From positions 224,001 to 288,000 of the forward strand of contig OZ251219.1 in the NCBI GenBank assembly GCA_965240465.1: a DNA stretch of 64,000 nt, read 5' to 3'. Under the pieces are notes generated by a model. The model did no database searches. It worked only from the letters and a program-made list of their open reading frames with translations, and was not told the DNA's origin. The position numbers were made by a program, and so were the translations under genes. Positions 59,827 through 64,000 of the stretch are shown in pieces; the stretch's first letter is position 1, and every line of letters starts with the position of its first letter. This DNA is from a bacterium (GTDB lineage Bacteria; SAR324; JACQKK01).

Positions 59827-61749
59827 TCACTCACCGCGACGAGAACGCCTACCAATAAACCAAAATCCAAATCCGCTCACCAGCACAGGAACCAAAAGTA
59901 AATTGAACGCCAACAGCCAAGACCCTAATCTCTCAATATCTTCACGCAACAATTTACGCACTTCACGCAAAGCTCGGCGGGTTTTTTGCTCTTCTTGTAA
60001 GAAACGATCCATTTCCTTCTGCTGAGCACTATTGATCAAAATATCATCAGTTTGTGTATCCTGCAGGGATCGCAAGCGTTCACGCACCTCAGACAGGCGA
60101 ACATTCAATTGAGCTTCTTGCTCTTGAAAACGCTTTGCTGCCCGAACCTGTATATCTACCAAGCGTGTAAAAGGACGAGCTGTTTTTCCCCGAGAACGCA
60201 CTGCGATTAAATCCTGTCCTCCGCTAAATAATTCTAAGGCATTAAGCAGGAAAGTGAAATTATCATTCAAAGGCTGCAAAAATACATTGCCCAGAAACTT
60301 GGTACGCTGCACCGCGTAATCATCAGCTATGAAATCGGTGTCTGCCATTAGCAGGATGGAATTCTCAGTAGCTGCTTTCTCAAGATGGGGAGACAACTCA
60401 GTCTGGAATTTCTTTTCACTGGCGGTAGCCTCAGGAGCTCCATCAGGATAGGCTGTTTTGAACTTGCCACTGATCAAAGCTGCGGGGATGCGTGGTTTAC
60501 CATCGGTTTGTAGCGAGCGTACTTGAGCCAGCGGTGACTGAAAACTTAAGGAGGAAACTCCCAGCTGCCCTGAATTTTCAGAAGTGATCAGCAAGGGAGT
60601 AAAGCGATAAGCAAATTCCTTTTTAGGAGTAAAGGAACCGCTGTTGACTAGCAATATATTTTCCAGTTGGGAGGTAAGCACATGGTCTTGATTCATTTGT
60701 CCAGGACCTAGATCTAGCCAGAATGGATAGTTCAGCGTTCCCTGCTGAGTACGTACATCCTTGCCGTGGCTAACATCGCCTATTACATGGACGGGAGAGT
60801 ATTCCATCCCCCAGGCATCAAGAAGTACCGATAGATCACTGCTAGGTTGGCTGTTGAATCCTGGTTGTCCTGATAGGTCTTTGGTGGATAAGGGATCTAA
60901 GAACAAGATCAGCTTGCCCCCTGCCAGCACGTATTGATCAATGGCGTAGTTATTGCGTTCGGAAATAACTTCTTCTTTAGGATGTAGCAAGATCATCACA
61001 TCTACATCTTTAGGAGCTGCGATCAAATCGTTGATGGTTAGGATTTCCAGTTGGTAATTCTTGGATATTTCGTTGACAAATGCCCAAGACGGTTGGTTCA
61101 GGGCGGGCAGATCGGCACCATAATCTTTTCCACCTACGGGAAGAAAGGATATCAGCTGGACACTGGGGAGGCTTTTTCTAGTAACCCGTACAATGGCTTC
61201 AGAGATACTGTATTCTAGAGAGCTTTCTCGGCGTGGATCCAGATAAGGGGCGACGGCTTCGCGTTCTTGTTGGAGAGCAACTAGTCCAAAAAACAATCGT
61301 TCTCCTGTTGCCAGTCTGGATTCATTTATTCCATAGCGTAGTGCCCATTCTTCTTGCTCGGTGTCGGGTTTGGGGTCAATTATTTCTACCTTAACTTTGC
61401 CTTTGGAGTACCGTTGGTAAGAGCGTAACAACCCCTTCACCCGACGAGAATGTACTTGCAGTGTCAGCGGGAGATTATCCAAACTCTGAGAGTAATAAAG
61501 TCGCAGCGTGACTGGATATTCTAGCTTGGTGAGCAATTTGCGTGAGCCTTTGGAAAGGGTGAAAACACGCCCTTCGGTAATATCTAACTGAAACGGTAAC
61601 AGGCTACCGAGCACATTGAAAGACACCAGACCCATCAGTAGTAAGAACACTACCGTCAGAGGCTTAAATCGCCCCGTAAGAATATGGGGCGGTAGTTGCT
61701 TGAAAAATTTAGCAATAGAATGAATAAACGACATAAATATAGCTGGCAA
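59827..61749 (-). CDS. GldG-like ABC-associated protein (start may be ATG 61734)
   Basis: DITEGRVFTLS, IDPKPD..EE.A, AIDQYVLAGGK...DP, ADTDFI, and a C-terminal coiled coil plus TM. Confidence 0.85.
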   Translation of the reverse strand: MPAIFMSFIHSIAKFFKQLPPHILTGRFKPLTVVFLLLMGLVSFNVLGSLLPFQLDITEGRVFTLSKGSRKLLTKLEYPVTLRLYYSQSLDNLPLTLQVHSRRVKGLLRSYQRYSKGKVKVEIIDPKPDTEQEEWALRYGINESRLATGERLFFGLVALQQEREAVAPYLDPRRESSLEYSISEAIVRVTRKSLPSVQLISFLPVGGKDYGADLPALNQPSWAFVNEISKNYQLEILTINDLIAAPKDVDVMILLHPKEEVISERNNYAIDQYVLAGGKLILFLDPLSTKDLSGQPGFNSQPSSDLSVLLDAWGMEYSPVHVIGDVSHGKDVRTQQGTLNYPFWLDLGPGQMNQDHVLTSQLENILLVNSGSFTPKKEFAYRFTPLLITSENSGQLGVSSLSFQSPLAQVRSLQTDGKPRIPAALISGKFKTAYPDGAPEATASEKKFQTELSPHLEKAATENSILLMADTDFIADDYAVQRTKFLGNVFLQPLNDNFTFLLNALELFSGGQDLIAVRSRGKTARPFTRLVDIQVRAAKRFQEQEAQLNVRLSEVRERLRSLQDTQTDDILINSAQQKEMDRFLQEEQKTRRALREVRKLLREDIERLGSWLLAFNLLLVPVLVSGFGFWFIGRRSRRGE

Positions 61750-61767
61750 AATTATCCAGAAAAGAAC

Positions 61768-62592
61768 TCAGCGGCGACGGTGTTCCAATACTAGTAGGCA
61801 GCTCAGCAGCATGATCCCGATGATAGATACAAAATAGCTTATATCAGCCAAGTCTAGCAATCCTCGCTGGATGGAATCGAAATGGGTGGTAAAGCTGAAA
61901 GCCGAGATCAAATTGGCGATGCTGGGGGGAAAGATTACTGCCAGGGTGCGCGTTAGTACACCCAATCCCAACAACAACAAGAGCAAACAAACCAGCACAC
62001 TAGTTATAAAGCTAACCACCTGATTCTTGGTGAGAGCAGAGGTAAAACAAGAAATTGAAAGATATGCACCAGCCATCAAAAAACTACCTAGGTAACCAGT
62101 CAGCATTACTCCCTTGTCTGGGTCTCCTAAGAAGAGTACCGTAAGCACCATAGGGAAAGTGAGCAAGAGAGATAATCCCAGAAATAACCAAGCCGCCAAA
62201 AACTTGGCCAGTATTATATGTCCCAAACCCAACGGCCAAGTGTACAGGAGCTCCAAAGTGCCCGAGCGTTGTTCTTCGGACCACAAACGCATGCCCACCG
62301 CAGGCACTAATATCAAATATAGCCACGGATGAAAGAAAAAAAACCACTCCAAACTGGCGTGGTTAGATTGGTAAAAATTACCCACATACCAAGTCAAACC
62401 CACCGAACCCAACAGGAAAATAACCTGAAACACATAGGCTACCGGAGAACGAAAGTACCCCATCCACTCACGCCTCAAAACCGGCATACCCGACCAACTA
62501 GACAACCACTCCCCCAATAATTTTATCCCAAACCAAGTTCTCACCAGAACACCCTGCTTGCTACTCTTAGCCATCCGCAACCCTTGCATCAA
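61768..62592 (-). CDS. ABC-2 permease (GldF-like)
   Basis: RE..GYF.SPVAY, MRLWSEEQRSGTLELL and SALTKNQVV. Confidence 0.9.
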   Translation of the reverse strand: MMQGLRMAKSSKQGVLVRTWFGIKLLGEWLSSWSGMPVLRREWMGYFRSPVAYVFQVIFLLGSVGLTWYVGNFYQSNHASLEWFFFFHPWLYLILVPAVGMRLWSEEQRSGTLELLYTWPLGLGHIILAKFLAAWLFLGLSLLLTFPMVLTVLFLGDPDKGVMLTGYLGSFLMAGAYLSISCFTSALTKNQVVSFITSVLVCLLLLLLGLGVLTRTLAVIFPPSIANLISAFSFTTHFDSIQRGLLDLADISYFVSIIGIMLLSCLLVLEHRRR

Positions 62593-64000
62593 ATACCTTT
62601 TGCCCTGCTCTTAGTATATCTACTACTAGCTGACTTACTACCAACTGCCTTGCTGCCGACCACTTTGCCACTAGCTGACTTACTACCAACTGCCTTGCTG
62701 CCGACCACTTTGCCACTAGCTGACTTACTATCAACTGCCTTGCTACCGACCGCTTTGCTACTAGCTGACTTACTACCAACTGCCTTGCTACCGACCGCTT
62801 TGCTACTAGCTGACTTACTACCAACTGCCTTGCTACCGACCGCTTTGCTACTAGCTGACTTACTACCAACTGCCTTGCTACCGACCGCTTTGCTACTAGC
62901 TGACTTACTACCAACTGCCTTGCTACCGACCGATTTGCTACTAGCTGACTTACTACCAACTGCCTTGCTACCGACCGCTTTGCTACTAGCTGACTTACTA
63001 CCAACTGCCTTGCTACCGACCGATTTGCTACTGGCTGACTTACTATCAACTGCCTTGCTGCTGGCTACTTTCTTGTTACTGACCGACTCGCTACCGAAAG
63101 CTACCCTGCCTGTTATTTTTCTGGAAATTGCCCCTGAATCCTTAGTCAGAGTGCGAAACACTTCATCCACCCGACCGCGTTCCGTGTAAATCTCTAAGAT
63201 GTTTAACTTCTTGTTACGAAGATAAGCTTCTACCTTTACCGCGTAGTCCGCCTGAGCTGGTTGTTCAGGCAACAAATAATGACGCCAGCCATCATCTATA
63301 TTTTCGCTACGAACCTCCTTAACTCTGGGAGCAGAAGTCAATATTTTCAGCGTTTTTTCATCGCCAGTATCTGTTACTACTGCCAAGGCTTGATGAAAGA
63401 CTGAAAGGGCTGCCATCTCTTTAGGAGTTCCATTGAAAGCAATTTTCCCTTCGTTAATCACCACCGCCCGATCACAGACAGCTTCCATTTCTTCTAAAAT
63501 ATGAGTGGATAAAATAATGGTCTTCCTACGACCCATCTGCCTAATTAAAGCCCGTACATGATGCTTTTGATTGGGGTCTAGTCCATCAGTGGGTTCATCT
63601 AATATCAGCACCGCAGGATCATGAATCACCGCCTGAGCAAAGCACACCCGTTGACGATAACCCTTAGACAAGGTATCAATGATCCGATCCCTAGTTCCCT
63701 TTAGGCCGATCAACTTCATCACTTCAGCCGTCCGATTACTCAACACTTCGCCTTTCAATCCGTGCAGTTCCCCCACGAAACTCAAGAATTCGCCCACCGT
63801 CATTTCGCCATAAGAAGATGCACTCTCGGGCAGATAGCCTATTAAACGCTGCACTTTCAGGGATTCCTCCACCACATCAAACCCTCCCACCTTAACACTA
63901 CCGGCGGTAGGCAACAAGAAGCCTGTTATCACCTTCATGGTGGTGGATTTTCCAGCCCCATTGGGACCCAAAAACCCCAACACCTGACCCGCTTCCGCCC
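62589..64000 (-). CDS. ABC ATP-binding protein (GldA-like) with long repeat tail; 5' end outside window
   Basis: Walker A GPNGAGKS, LSKGYRQRV, Walker B LILDEPT and STH. The frame stays open to the window edge. Confidence 0.93.
   Translation of the reverse strand, partial: AEAGQVLGFLGPNGAGKSTTMKVITGFLLPTAGSVKVGGFDVVEESLKVQRLIGYLPESASSYGEMTVGEFLSFVGELHGLKGEVLSNRTAEVMKLIGLKGTRDRIIDTLSKGYRQRVCFAQAVIHDPAVLILDEPTDGLDPNQKHHVRALIRQMGRRKTIILSTHILEEMEAVCDRAVVINEGKIAFNGTPKEMAALSVFHQALAVVTDTGDEKTLKILTSAPRVKEVRSENIDDGWRHYLLPEQPAQADYAVKVEAYLRNKKLNILEIYTERGRVDEVFRTLTKDSGAISRKITGRVAFGSESVSNKKVASSKAVDSKSASSKSVGSKAVGSKSASSKAVGSKAVGSKSASSKSVGSKAVGSKSASSKAVGSKAVGSKSASSKAVGSKAVGSKSASSKAVGSKAVGSKSASSKAVGSKAVDSKSASGKVVGSKAVGSKSASGKVVGSKAVGSKSASSRYTKSRAKGI
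62625..63060. repeat. 45-bp tandem repeat (~9.7 copies) made of three 15-bp sub-units
   Basis: ACTAGCTGACTTACTA recurs every 45 bp from 62625 to 63030. Encodes (SKSASSKAVGSKAVG)n. Confidence 0.97.

Noticed and set aside
513-62520. Numerous 60-160-aa ORFs antisense to or nested in recognised genes
   Set aside because: They are shadow ORFs without motifs or RBS, overlapping well-supported CDSs.
62625-63060. Possible CRISPR array
   Set aside because: The units are contiguous with no unique spacers, lie in frame inside a CDS, and no cas genes are present.
62567-63189. ORFs 62567..63049(-) and 62584..63189(+)
   Set aside because: These are stop-free alternative frames of the 45-bp repeat.

Overview
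This is a 64 kb stretch of chromosome from a Gram-negative bacterium (lpxC, outer-membrane proteins, lipoproteins). The taxon cannot be fixed from sequence alone. Most of it is housekeeping: pheT, RNase P RNA, ygfZ-like, bioY, gltA, lpxC, a TRAP transporter, pgi, a long RSH, carB, rppH, dut, a K+ channel, gcvPA/PB, tRNA-Arg(CCT), rnhA, iscS-iscU-hscB-hscA-iscX, pepA, ispH, plsC and a Gld-like ABC cluster. The outstanding feature is a ~17 kb array (about 32.0-49.3 kb) of five paralogous lipoprotein genes built from about 40 Cys-pair-containing Ig/CARDB-like domains (13, 8, 7, 8 and 4 per gene). Each repeat unit is a self-contained cassette: a copy of the last ~125 bp of rnhA, a terminator hairpin, the gene, and its own sigma70-type promoter. 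All four internal junctions share the same breakpoint, and the rnhA fragments diverge more the further they lie from the intact gene. The genes are mosaics at domain and sub-domain scale and carry G/C homopolymers in domain linkers. No integrase, transposase or reverse transcriptase is visible, so the array looks like a recombination-driven surface-protein amplification/diversification locus. Other oddities: a long RSH with a degenerate synthetase domain, an orphan methyltransferase with a DPDY motif next to rnpB, a propeptide-less kexin-like lipoprotease with a (PPVTPE)6 stalk, 15/45-bp repeat expansions at several gene ends, and patchy strand skew.
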